From: a virus
Direction: 5' to 3' (one strand)
DNA length: 64,000 bases
IMG/VR virus record: IMGVR_UViG_3300042516_004811
Coordinates: 87,108 to 151,107 of that record
The position numbers and the translations under genes are program-made. Shown here piece after piece: positions 36,497 through 45,415 of this stretch. Each line of letters opens with the position of its first letter. Within the stretch, counting starts at the first letter, position 1. Under the pieces are notes generated by a model. The model had not been told where the DNA came from and searched no databases. It saw only the letters and a program-made list of their open reading frames with translations.

Positions 36497-37180
36497 ATGG
36501 AAAACTCTTCCGAACTTTACAACCACCTAGCGGAGCCATTTCCGCAGGAGATGGAGAAGGTAATTGTCAAGAGCGGCGTGGAGCTGGTCTACCTGCCTGT
36601 TAGCGAGGTAATCAACCGGCTCAATCGCGTCATTGGCGTAGATAACTGGTCCTTTGAAATTATCTCTGTCAATAGAGACACGATTGACCAGGATGAAATC
36701 ATCGCCCACGTAAGCCTTACTGCGCTCATCGGTGACAAGACCGTTGTCAAGCACGGATTTGGTGGAATTAGTGTGAAGCGTTCAAAGAAGGACGGCCGAC
36801 CCGTTGACCTTGGAAATGACTTTAAGGGTGCAGTTTCTGATGCGTTGAAAAAGGCTGCACAGAATCTTGGTATCGGCCTATATCTTGCTCGTTCCGCTGA
36901 TGCTCTTGATATTGAAGAGGCAATGCAGGCTACGGAAAGTTCTTCCGCTCCACAGCAGGCAGTGGACCCAGAGATTGAATCACGCTGGGATAACTTCATC
37001 ACTGTAACGAAACTCCTCACAAAAGAACAAAAAGACGAACTGAATGCATTCTGGGAGACACATTCTTCAGGTCGGCCCAAGCCAACAAAAACAACAGCGA
37101 CGATTGAAGATATTGATGCCCTGGTTGTCAAGGCCATGGCTTTGTCGTTCGGCGCTACTCCGGTGAAGAATGATGAGTGA
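36497..37180 (+). CDS. Rad52/Rad22-like (Sak) single-strand annealing protein
   Basis: YL...VINRLNRVIGVDNWS...KGAVSDALKKAA..LGIGLYL. Confidence 0.88.
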   Translation: MENSSELYNHLAEPFPQEMEKVIVKSGVELVYLPVSEVINRLNRVIGVDNWSFEIISVNRDTIDQDEIIAHVSLTALIGDKTVVKHGFGGISVKRSKKDGRPVDLGNDFKGAVSDALKKAAQNLGIGLYLARSADALDIEEAMQATESSSAPQQAVDPEIESRWDNFITVTKLLTKEQKDELNAFWETHSSGRPKPTKTTATIEDIDALVVKAMALSFGATPVKNDE

Positions 37181-37943
37181 GCCAATTCTGGTAGCACCAG
37201 ACAGGCTTTCCCCTTCGTCAATCTCCACTTTTCGCCAGTGTCCACTGAAGTTTAAGTACAGCAAAATCGATGGCTTACCCGATGCGCCGACAGACGCGAC
37301 TGTTCTCGGTAATTTCGTTCATGAAGTTCTTGAAACAATGTATGCACTGCCCCCCGAGCAGAGAACGCAGGAAACGGCAAAAGCACTAGCTAGACAGTTG
37401 TGGACTGAATCCTGGGGAGAGAAGGCGGCAGGTCTTATTCATTCTGAAAAGGAACTGAACTTTTTTAGATGGACAGCATGGTGGTGTATAGAGAACCTCT
37501 GGAGACTTGAGGACCCGCTGAATACGACCCCATGGGCAATAGAGGAGCATGTTGAGGGTGTTGTTGGCGGCATTCGTCTCCATGGCTACATCGACCGTCT
37601 TTTCTACGAGAATGGCGTCGCCAAAATATCCGACTACAAGACCGGCAAAACACCAAAACCCAAGTACATGGGGGATAAGTTCTTCCAGTTGATTATCTAT
37701 AGTCAACTATTGGAGAGCATTGATATTGTTCCAGAATCAATGTCACTAGAGCTCCTCTACCTCAAGGATGGCGTTAGGTTTGAAAAAGTCGTTTCACCAG
37801 AAGATGTTCAAGAAGTCATCGAGGTGATTCAAGAGGTCCGAGAAGGAATAGATTCACGCTGCAGAAGCGGTGAGTTTGAGCCAAATAAATCAATTCTTTG
37901 CAATTGGTGTGGATATAAAAGGATTTGCCCAGCATGGCAGTAA
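37170..37943 (+). CDS. PD-(D/E)XK RecB/Cas4-like exonuclease
   Basis: LSPSS..QCP, GNFVHEVLE, GYIDRL..ISDYKTG, QLIIY, CNWCGYKRICP. Confidence 0.9.
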   Translation: MMSEPILVAPDRLSPSSISTFRQCPLKFKYSKIDGLPDAPTDATVLGNFVHEVLETMYALPPEQRTQETAKALARQLWTESWGEKAAGLIHSEKELNFFRWTAWWCIENLWRLEDPLNTTPWAIEEHVEGVVGGIRLHGYIDRLFYENGVAKISDYKTGKTPKPKYMGDKFFQLIIYSQLLESIDIVPESMSLELLYLKDGVRFEKVVSPEDVQEVIEVIQEVREGIDSRCRSGEFEPNKSILCNWCGYKRICPAWQ

Positions 37944-37993
37944 GAGGAAAAACAATAAAACCGCAGGCTTTAATACCTGCTATGTTCATCGAT

Positions 37994-38497
37994 ATGAACG
38001 ATGACGCTTTTGCAAGGATGGTTGCAGAGGAGGTTAAGAATAAAATCTCCCCTGTTCACAAACAGGAGTTGATGAAAGAAGATAATTGGGAGCGCTGGAG
38101 AGAAGCGCTTATTGCTCTTTCAGAAAATCTTCAACGTCAGATTGAAAGCATTGAAGCAGATGCAATCTCTGACGAGAGGCGCTATGCGTCCCTGGGCAAG
38201 ACCGGAACAAGACTTGCTCGCGAGTCAAATAGCTACTACGACACAAAGGCCACAAGAGTTCGTAGATTTAAGTTTCATGTAGATAAGAGACTCGACGAAG
38301 TTTGCGTGATGATTGATACTGGCGATGTCATTAATTCTGACGGATGGGACCAGGTTGAGTTCTATCGAAAAGCCATAATTGAGCATCGTAATCTGATGAG
38401 ACAGTTTGACCTTGAGGACACTTCTATCGATAGAGCTCTATGGGATACTCTGGATAACCAGTGGAACTTTGATTCCGTAAATAACGACAACCTATAG
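37994..38497 (+). CDS. hypothetical coiled-coil protein
   Basis: TGCTATGTT extended -10 lies 7 nt before ATG 37994. Confidence 0.75.
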   Translation: MNDDAFARMVAEEVKNKISPVHKQELMKEDNWERWREALIALSENLQRQIESIEADAISDERRYASLGKTGTRLARESNSYYDTKATRVRRFKFHVDKRLDEVCVMIDTGDVINSDGWDQVEFYRKAIIEHRNLMRQFDLEDTSIDRALWDTLDNQWNFDSVNNDNL

Positions 38498-38508
38498 GTG
38501 GTAACGCC

Positions 38509-38928
38509 GTGGCGCTACAGAGAAAAAAACCGCTACAGCAGAAAACGCCACTAAAAGCAAAAAAACAACTACAGTCAAAAACTGGCCTAAAACAGAATAA
38601 ACCCATAAATCGTTCTTCTAAAAAAATTGCTCACAGAAGCAAGAAGATGGAAGATAAGTACGTTGACAGGCGGAAGTTTGTCAAAAAAATACTTTCGGAA
38701 AGACCATTTTGTCAGGCCTGTCCAGTTTTTGCCGAACATGATGCTAGGGCAGTTTTTTGGGTAAACCAGAGCACCGATGTTCATGAATTAGTCAGACGTT
38801 CACAGGGTGGCTCGATACTTGACGAAGAAAATGTACTCGCAGTTTGCAGGCCGTGCCACACACGCATAGGTGAATATCCTGAGTTGTCTTTTAATTTAGG
38901 ATTAGCAAAACACTCCTGGGAAAAGTAG
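38509..38928 (+). CDS. HNH endonuclease
   Basis: CQAC...DVHEL.RRSQGG...ENVLAVCRPCH. Confidence 0.88.
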   Translation: MALQRKKPLQQKTPLKAKKQLQSKTGLKQNKPINRSSKKIAHRSKKMEDKYVDRRKFVKKILSERPFCQACPVFAEHDARAVFWVNQSTDVHELVRRSQGGSILDEENVLAVCRPCHTRIGEYPELSFNLGLAKHSWEK

Positions 38929-38934
38929 TACACT
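38929..38934 (+). promoter_or_regulatory. -10 element TACACT of the candidate small RNA
   Basis: TAnnnT placed 6 nt before A38941, the same spacing as at leaderless genes here. No clear -35. Confidence 0.6.
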
Positions 38935-38940
38935 GTAATC

Positions 38941-39002
38941 ACCTTAGGACCGTTATAGGCGCAGAAGTAGGGAGATAAAGCCTCCCTACTTCTGCGTTTT
39001 TT
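38941..39002 (+). ncRNA. candidate small RNA antisense to 23S rRNA helix 69
   Basis: ACCTTAGGACCGTTATAG is the reverse complement of CUAUAACGGUCCUAAGGU (E. coli 23S 1914-1931). It is followed by a terminator hairpin. Confidence 0.7.
38960..39002 (+). terminator. intrinsic terminator
   Basis: 15-bp stem CGCAGAAGTAGGGAG/CTCCCTACTTCTGCG followed by T6. Confidence 0.92.
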
Positions 39003-39017
39003 GTTATAGTCGAAACT

Positions 39018-39554
39018 ATGCGGCTCGTTGGTCTTGATTTATCACTTACATCAACGGGTGTTTCAATTAATGGCAGTACGCATGTCATCGCGGTCAAAGA
39101 GAGAGGGCCAGAACGCCTCTCTATCGTGAGCAGACAAATAGCTGATATTTGTTTATCTGAGAGAATTGATTGCGCCCTCATAGAGGGGTATTCATTTTCC
39201 TCAAGGAATTCCCAAGCACACAGTATTGGTGAGCTTGGTGGATGTGTGAGAATGAGACTCTGGGAGAACCAAATACCCTTTGTAGACATCCCACCAACAT
39301 GCAGGGCTAAGTTTGCTACCGGAAAAGGAAACGCAAGCAAGGGTGAGGTAATTTCAGCGATATCAGCAAAAACTGGAAAAGTATTCTCCGGTGCTGGTGG
39401 AAACGATGAGTGCGACGCTTGGGTGCTTGAGCAGATGGGAATCGCCTATTTAGGTAACTCGGAGTGGGATTGGACAAGGGAACAATTATTAGCCTTGGCC
39501 AAAGTAGACTGGACCGCAATTGACAACATTGAAAACGATAAGACAAATTTGTGA
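39018..39554 (+). CDS. ruvC: RuvC-like Holliday junction resolvase
   Basis: GLDLSLTSTG, ALIEGYSF, ELGG, KFATGKGNASK, DECDA. Confidence 0.88.
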   Translation: MRLVGLDLSLTSTGVSINGSTHVIAVKERGPERLSIVSRQIADICLSERIDCALIEGYSFSSRNSQAHSIGELGGCVRMRLWENQIPFVDIPPTCRAKFATGKGNASKGEVISAISAKTGKVFSGAGGNDECDAWVLEQMGIAYLGNSEWDWTREQLLALAKVDWTAIDNIENDKTNL

Positions 39555-39564
39555 GGATTAATAA

Positions 39565-39900
39565 ATGAGAACTACACCTATTAGCCAGATAGAAATTGAG
39601 CAGGAATTGATTCGACTGGTGAATAGATTAGAGAACGAGACGGAGCAGTTTGAAACAGTCGCCATGGATATGGCTAAAAAGGAAGCTCTTTATAAGTCTA
39701 ATTGGGCCAAAGAGTACATATCAGCAAAGGGCTCAATCAAAGAACGAGAAGCATGGGCAGACTACAAGCTTGACCAGCAGCTTTTCGAATACAAGTGCGC
39801 TGAGGCCCTAGTCAAAGCAAAGCGCGAAGTTCTTCTTTCAATCAGGTCATCAATTGATGCTATTCGCACACTTAATGCAAACGTTAGAACACAGGTCTGA
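39565..39900 (+). CDS. hypothetical coiled-coil protein
   Basis: GAGGA RBS, 111 aa. Confidence 0.75.
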   Translation: MRTTPISQIEIEQELIRLVNRLENETEQFETVAMDMAKKEALYKSNWAKEYISAKGSIKEREAWADYKLDQQLFEYKCAEALVKAKREVLLSIRSSIDAIRTLNANVRTQV

Positions 39901-39901
39901 C

Positions 39902-40780
39902 ATGTCGAATGGAATACATGAGTCACTCAGCGAGCTTGCTGTAGACATAAATACTCTTTCACCACTAGACGGAAACCCGCGTCGTGGAAATGTTGAGGCA
40001 ATCATGGCCTCGTACCGTGAATTCGGACAAATTAAACCAATAGTTATTCGACCAAACTCGGATGGTACTGCAACCGTTATCGCTGGCAACCACCAGCTAG
40101 AGGCAGCAAAGAGACTTGGTTGGGACAAGATTGCTGCTGTCGCATACGACGTCGACGACAGAAAGGCAATTGCCTTCGCTCTTGCTGACAATAGGACAAT
40201 GGAGCTCGGATACACAGAGCCGGAACTTCTTGGGGAAGCGATACTGGAGTTGTCTGACTTTTACCCAGAACTCATGGAGGGTCTCGGTTGGGATGAGTTT
40301 GCTGCTGCGGAAATAGAGCAGAAGATAATCCGTCAGGATAATCAGATTGTTGAACCAGGCTCGGGATTCATGCCGCCAGTTATTGTTTCTAACGGAAGCA
40401 ATGGATTCGACAGGATAGACGATGATGATGAAGAAGAGTACGAAGATGCTCTATCGCCTCAAGGTTTAACAACACCAACACAGCCATCGCCGTCAATTGA
40501 CAGAAACGCAGTGTCAATCACTACGACGGAAGATGGACAACAGAGGATTAGCGCACGACCCGGTGTTGACCAGGATGATGCTGTGGTTAGGGGTTCAACA
40601 ACTGTTACACCAGGCTCTGCGCCTCAAGCGATAGTTCAGTACACGCTTGTTTTTGATAACCACGAGCAGCAGAGACGCTGGTACGACTTCATTAAGTGGC
40701 TCAGAAGTGACCCAGCAGTGGTTGGCGTAACAACCGCTGAAAGACTAATGGACTTCATCGGTCAACACACGGAAATATAA
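39902..40780 (+). CDS. ParB/Srx N-terminal domain protein
   Basis: NPRRGNV..I..S...FGQIKPIV...VIAGNHQLEAAKRLGW...LADNR. Confidence 0.88.
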   Translation: MSNGIHESLSELAVDINTLSPLDGNPRRGNVEAIMASYREFGQIKPIVIRPNSDGTATVIAGNHQLEAAKRLGWDKIAAVAYDVDDRKAIAFALADNRTMELGYTEPELLGEAILELSDFYPELMEGLGWDEFAAAEIEQKIIRQDNQIVEPGSGFMPPVIVSNGSNGFDRIDDDDEEEYEDALSPQGLTTPTQPSPSIDRNAVSITTTEDGQQRISARPGVDQDDAVVRGSTTVTPGSAPQAIVQYTLVFDNHEQQRRWYDFIKWLRSDPAVVGVTTAERLMDFIGQHTEI

Positions 40781-40784
40781 CAGC

Positions 40785-40940
40785 ATGGATACTCCAGAAG
40801 AAAGAATCGAGAAACTAGAGAAGAACCTCGCTGAGGTTGAAGCTGACCGAGACTACTGGCGCTCAATGGCGGTTAGGGTTCTTCAAGAAATCAATGATGC
40901 TAAAGCGGAGATATTGAAACTATCGACCGGTAAACACTAA
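40785..40940 (+). CDS. 51-aa hypothetical protein (below ORF-track cutoff)
   Basis: MDTPEERIEKLEKNLAEVEADRDYWRS...KH*. Fills the gap, and its TAA overlaps the next ATG. Confidence 0.65.
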   Translation: MDTPEERIEKLEKNLAEVEADRDYWRSMAVRVLQEINDAKAEILKLSTGKH

Positions 40941-42085
40941 TGACAAGACAGAGACTCTTCCTTGATATGTCCTGTGTTGATGCAGCTCGTCAACGCATTA
41001 GGCACGTATACGACACATTTGATACTGTCTGCGTTCAATTTTCCGGAGGAAAGGACTCCACAGCTGTCCTCCTTCTTGCCAAGGAAGTCCACGAAGAACG
41101 AGGTCTTGGGCCTGTAAAAGTTATTTTCCGTGATGAGGAAATGGTTAGCCCAACTGTTGCTGCCTATGTTGAGAAGGTAAGAAATTACGACTGGGTTGAT
41201 ATGGAGTGGTATTGCCTGCCATACCCAGCCGAGATATGGGTTCTTGGTTACCGTTTAACCACAATCCTGTGGAGCCAGGAAAGATTTGAGCAGGACAGAT
41301 GGGTCAGGCCCATGCCACCCTGGGCCATTAGCGGCAAGAATTTTGGTCTTTCGCACAGTGTCTCCCTTCCAGAGCAGACCGACTATTACACAATGCAGGG
41401 AAAAAGAGGAAACGTGGCGTTCCTTACCGGCGTTAGGGCCAGTGAGTCAATGGTTCGTTATCGCTCAATAGTTCAGAAGCTTCACGAGAACTACATCAAT
41501 ACCCCATACAAACTGAAACGCGGTATCCCCCTTAAGTTTGCCAAGGTAATTTATGACTGGAATACAAATGATGTGTTCAAGTTCATTATTGAGGAGCATG
41601 GGGCTGAATACTGTGAATACTATGACCTTGCTGTAACTACGGGAAGTAATACTCGCGTGGGGATTCCACTCCACGCAACAGCCATTAGGAGAATCGGTGA
41701 CGTCATTGCAACTGAGCCAGAATTCTACGACAGACTATTTGAGTGTTTTCCATACATTGACGCACAGCGTCGCTTGTGGCCTGAATTTGATTCAGAAAAA
41801 CTGATTGATAAATATGCCAAAGATGGTTTTGACGGAGCTTCACGCTTTATTGACGAATACCTGATTGGCGATAGAAGAAAAACAGAAGCCAGGGCATATG
41901 TAAATAAGTTTCGTAAGAAGCATTTAACAGACCCGCATGGCTATCCTGTTAGTTGGTTAATCAGAAACTTGATGCTCAATGAGATTGACGTCAATTCACC
42001 AACCCCTGTTGGTCCCAAGACGAAAGCCTATGCTGTCAGGGCAATAGAGATGGAAAGGGCAGATGTTTATGAAGATGAAAATTGA
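40940..42085 (+). CDS. IbrA-like PAPS-reductase-family (PP-loop) protein
   Basis: AARQRI..VY..FD...VQFSGGKDS, FRDEE, TGVRASES..R, IYDW..NDV. Confidence 0.88.
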   Translation: MTRQRLFLDMSCVDAARQRIRHVYDTFDTVCVQFSGGKDSTAVLLLAKEVHEERGLGPVKVIFRDEEMVSPTVAAYVEKVRNYDWVDMEWYCLPYPAEIWVLGYRLTTILWSQERFEQDRWVRPMPPWAISGKNFGLSHSVSLPEQTDYYTMQGKRGNVAFLTGVRASESMVRYRSIVQKLHENYINTPYKLKRGIPLKFAKVIYDWNTNDVFKFIIEEHGAEYCEYYDLAVTTGSNTRVGIPLHATAIRRIGDVIATEPEFYDRLFECFPYIDAQRRLWPEFDSEKLIDKYAKDGFDGASRFIDEYLIGDRRKTEARAYVNKFRKKHLTDPHGYPVSWLIRNLMLNEIDVNSPTPVGPKTKAYAVRAIEMERADVYEDEN

Positions 42086-42626
42086 TTATGTTGACCCATC
42101 GGTACTGAGTGTTCCGGAATGGAGAGCTACATACACCGTTAGACCTGAAATGCTTGTGATTTCCGCCTCGCTCTCTCAGTTTGGATTTATTGAACCGATT
42201 CACGTTCGCCTATCAACTGGTGAAATAATCAACGGCTCAGAGAGATACTTACTGGCAACCAGTATTCCGGCAATCCTGGCCCATACTGATGGAAAAATAC
42301 CAGTTGTATTTCATGATGTTGACAAAATCGACGCAATGATGCTGCATCTCCGCCTCAATAGGGGTCATTCTCATGTGATTGCGGCCAAAACTTCTGAAAT
42401 AATTCGTTCGGTTCGTCGTTCCGGCAAATACGGGGCAGCCGATTTTGAAGACATGCTCTGCATGAGGTCAGAAGAATTATCGCTAATGCTTGACGGAAGC
42501 CTATTCAAGGTTAGAAAAATCAAGGAGCACAACTATGCAAGAGCATGGGTTCCGATTGAGGCTCCGCCCGGCTATAAAGACCAGGAATCAATGGTTATAG
42601 AAAGACCACCAAATCCTGACAGATAA
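42063..42626 (+). CDS. IbrB-like ParB-domain protein
   Basis: SLSQFGFIEPI...IINGSERY...LRLNRG. Overlaps the IbrA-like gene. Start could be 42069 or 42075. Confidence 0.75.
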   Translation: MFMKMKIDYVDPSVLSVPEWRATYTVRPEMLVISASLSQFGFIEPIHVRLSTGEIINGSERYLLATSIPAILAHTDGKIPVVFHDVDKIDAMMLHLRLNRGHSHVIAAKTSEIIRSVRRSGKYGAADFEDMLCMRSEELSLMLDGSLFKVRKIKEHNYARAWVPIEAPPGYKDQESMVIERPPNPDR

Positions 42627-42672
42627 GTAAAGTCTTTTTCTGGTATATTTAGAAAAACACCAGAGGAGAGCC

Positions 42673-43389
42673 ATGCCAGGAGTACGTTACGGTCCTGATA
42701 TTTCTGATGACGCTGCATTCGTCGTGGATAGGGTCAAGGAGCTTCAGGCTGTCCTGCGTCGCGGCGGAAGACTCAATAAGCGCCAGACAACCCAGTATGA
42801 GAGCTTTGCAACTTACGCTAGGGACCTATTTGGTGTGGGTCGCGACCGTTTTGACAGGGGTCAGCTTGGTGAGTTGGGTGAAATGGCTAGATACGGCGGC
42901 TCTAAATCACGCAGTAAACTAGCTAGAAGCTGGCGAACTGGTGGAGACATGAAAAAGTCGGTTGCGCAGGAATTTGCTGACCGTGGTGGCGGAGTGAGAA
43001 GGGCTGGTAGCGCCAAAACCCCACAAGGTGCATGGTACGCAGGCAGAACGAGACCAAAGAAATTCCGCGACCTGGAGGCCAGGGCTCAAAGGCGAGCAAA
43101 TCGCAATGGTGTTAAATTTGGGAAAGTCTCTATTGCTAAAGGCTCGGTTAAGCCCAACACGTTCTTGGCCCAGACGGATAAACTAAATGTCGCCAAGGTT
43201 GGTGCTGGGGCTAGCGACATAGCCAACAGACCGCGTGGCGTCACGACAGTAAGAAAGACCGGAGCCTCAATTAGGCCAGCACTTCCAAAATCACAGGCTC
43301 GTGCTCAACAGAGAGCAAGGAAGAGGGCTGTTGCTGGCGCAACCAGGGACCTTACGAATAAGGGCAGAACTGGCGGCAGGCGCAGGTAG
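42673..43389 (+). CDS. highly basic Arg/Gly-rich protein
   Basis: TGGTATATT promoter (42641-42649) and GAGGAG RBS. Confidence 0.75.
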   Translation: MPGVRYGPDISDDAAFVVDRVKELQAVLRRGGRLNKRQTTQYESFATYARDLFGVGRDRFDRGQLGELGEMARYGGSKSRSKLARSWRTGGDMKKSVAQEFADRGGGVRRAGSAKTPQGAWYAGRTRPKKFRDLEARAQRRANRNGVKFGKVSIAKGSVKPNTFLAQTDKLNVAKVGAGASDIANRPRGVTTVRKTGASIRPALPKSQARAQQRARKRAVAGATRDLTNKGRTGGRRR

Positions 43390-43406
43390 TTGAACGTTTG
43401 ATTTAA

Positions 43407-43808
43407 CTAGATTTCGCTAGTTAATTTTTCGTCGTGCCTTCCAAAACCGGAATCTGGACCAACGTCCTCAAGATAATCCTCGTAGAAGATGTGGTCATCT
43501 TCTCCGATATCTTCATTGATTAGGAATTCTTTTACTGAAGCACATGGCTCAAGGGCGGCAATAATCCTGCCCCTATCGTCCTTGCCTATAAATGAAATTC
43601 CCGCTGCTGCCAGTGCTGAACTAGTTACGTCCCAGAGGTAATTGGAGAACTCATCCATGGCCCCCTCGTCATCAAGTTCTTCTTGGTCTTCTTCAAAGTA
43701 AAAGAAAAGAACTTTCATAATTTTCTCACCCACAGCCACAGCAGCAGCTCGACGCTCACTCTCGGTGCCAAAATACTGAGAAACGACAACTTCTTGATTC
43801 TTGTTCAT
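43407..43808 (-). CDS. acidic hypothetical protein (paralog A)
   Basis: TAGATT lies 6 nt before the ATG. Similar to the neighbouring ORF. Confidence 0.75.
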   Translation of the reverse strand: MNKNQEVVVSQYFGTESERRAAAVAVGEKIMKVLFFYFEEDQEELDDEGAMDEFSNYLWDVTSSALAAAGISFIGKDDRGRIIAALEPCASVKEFLINEDIGEDDHIFYEDYLEDVGPDSGFGRHDEKLTSEI

Positions 43809-43848
43809 AGACAGAATCTATCTTTCAAAAATGCCAAGCGCAATAGCA

Positions 43849-44154
43849 TCAAGAGATGTTGTACTTATTAGCAAAATCAGACATCGATGCCATGGGGTTA
43901 AATTTGGCAACTATCTTGCCATCGCTATTTTCCCCAATTACTTCCATTCCAGCTACTGCCATTACGAGACAGGCAATATCTGTCAGGGAATCAACAAACC
44001 CATTGAACTCGTCGTCATCACCCAAGCCATCTTCAGTATCTGCAAAAAATGCGAACAGTATCTGAACTATGTGGTCAGTGATTTCCGTGTTTGCCCCAAT
44101 GCGCTCCTGTTCGCTAAAAAACTTAACTGGCTCAAATATTGAAGCGTTTCCCAT
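43849..44154 (-). CDS. acidic hypothetical protein (paralog B)
   Basis: TAGATT lies 6 nt before the ATG. Similar to the neighbouring ORF. Confidence 0.75.
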   Translation of the reverse strand: MGNASIFEPVKFFSEQERIGANTEITDHIVQILFAFFADTEDGLGDDDEFNGFVDSLTDIACLVMAVAGMEVIGENSDGKIVAKFNPMASMSDFANKYNIS

Positions 44155-44264
44155 TCCACGAATCTACATCACTTAAAGCATTCAGTCAATGGAATTCACG
44201 GCCCATATCGCTTAAAGGTGTTAAAATTTAGAACACAGATTTTTCTATCTCTTGACGAGGTGTC

Positions 44265-44912
44265 ATGATTGTTTCACTTTCAGAAATCAGAAACTATATG
44301 GACATCTCGTTCACTCAGCGGCAGGAAGATGCCGCAACACTTGTTCTTGCCGGACTTCAGAGTGAGCTTGAGGCATTCCTGCGTAGACCAATAGAGCCGA
44401 CTCAGTTTGTTGAGCAGTACAGGCTTGATGCAATGCATACCGGTGTTCCGATGGGGACATTTCTTACGGCAAATGACAATGTTTATAACGAATCATTCAC
44501 AACATCTAGCCCAAGACAGAACGCCACTCAGTATGCGGACCCACCACCAGCTATCTACTTCAAGAACACCCCGATTGTGGAAATTGAAGAAATAAGGGTT
44601 AAGCCGCTGTTTGGTAGCGAAAGAGTTCTTGAAAATGAGCTGGACTACGTACAGCGGCCGTACGGTATCGACTACTACTACGGCTACGCAGATGACCTAC
44701 TGACCATGACCTACACTGCCGGCCTTGATGGCGCAAGTATCCCAGTACTTAAGCTCCTCATACTCCGTGCCGCATCACGAGAAATGCAGAATATGCATGA
44801 CGATGTTGTCGGTGTCAAAGACCTGAACACCAGAAACACTGGACCATTGGTTACGGGTTTTCTGGAAACCGAACTTTCATCAGTGCGTAAATACCGCAGG
44901 GTGCGTGTTTAG
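44265..44912 (+). CDS. head-tail adaptor
   Basis: VSLSEIRNYM...ELEAFLRRP...TYTAG. First gene of the tail operon, with promoter TGTTAAAAT at 44219-44227. Confidence 0.75.
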   Translation: MIVSLSEIRNYMDISFTQRQEDAATLVLAGLQSELEAFLRRPIEPTQFVEQYRLDAMHTGVPMGTFLTANDNVYNESFTTSSPRQNATQYADPPPAIYFKNTPIVEIEEIRVKPLFGSERVLENELDYVQRPYGIDYYYGYADDLLTMTYTAGLDGASIPVLKLLILRAASREMQNMHDDVVGVKDLNTRNTGPLVTGFLETELSSVRKYRRVRV

Positions 44913-44914
44913 GC

Positions 44915-45415
44915 GTGGCGCGCAGGCGTAGTGCAAACGTTCTTGTCAAGGTAATCGTCCACGCCGAGGAGACGATAGAGAACCTTCAAGACATGCAGGA
45001 TAGGGCCAATGACATGCGCCCTGTTTTCGCCTGGGGTAAAAGAGAGCTTGAGCGCGCCTACTCAAACAACTTCACCAGCATGGGTTCAGAATCGGCCAGA
45101 GCGATGCTGAAAGGGGCGTGGCCGCCACTTGACCCACAGTACGCATCATGGAAGCTTAGAAACCAGCCAACGCCAATGATGATTGGACCAACGGCAAGAC
45201 TTTTCCGCAGTGTTGCAGATTTGGCTCAGTCACCGGCGAACTCAACCACGAACAGCGAAGCCACGTTCTTTGTTGATAATCCCATAGCAAAGTTCCATCA
45301 GTACGGAACGGAGAATATGCCAGCTCGCAGGCTTGTCTTTACCCCGAGGGACTTTGAGGACGACTTTGCAAAGAAGGTTGCCAAGTATGTGAAGAATGGA
45401 GCTAACGGGCTATGA
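44915..45415 (+). CDS. virion morphogenesis/neck protein (Mu gpG-like)
   Basis: WPPL.P.Y...AKFHQYGTENMPAR. Confidence 0.8.
   Translation: MARRRSANVLVKVIVHAEETIENLQDMQDRANDMRPVFAWGKRELERAYSNNFTSMGSESARAMLKGAWPPLDPQYASWKLRNQPTPMMIGPTARLFRSVADLAQSPANSTTNSEATFFVDNPIAKFHQYGTENMPARRLVFTPRDFEDDFAKKVAKYVKNGANGL

Noticed and set aside
37170-37943. Cas4-like nuclease suggesting CRISPR-Cas
   Set aside because: No repeat-spacer array or other cas genes. Its position beside the Rad52-like annealase fits a recombination exonuclease.
38941-38958. rRNA gene fragment, contamination or attP site
   Set aside because: The match stops sharply at 18 nt and sits in coherent phage context. No integrase is visible in the window, though one elsewhere in the genome cannot be excluded.
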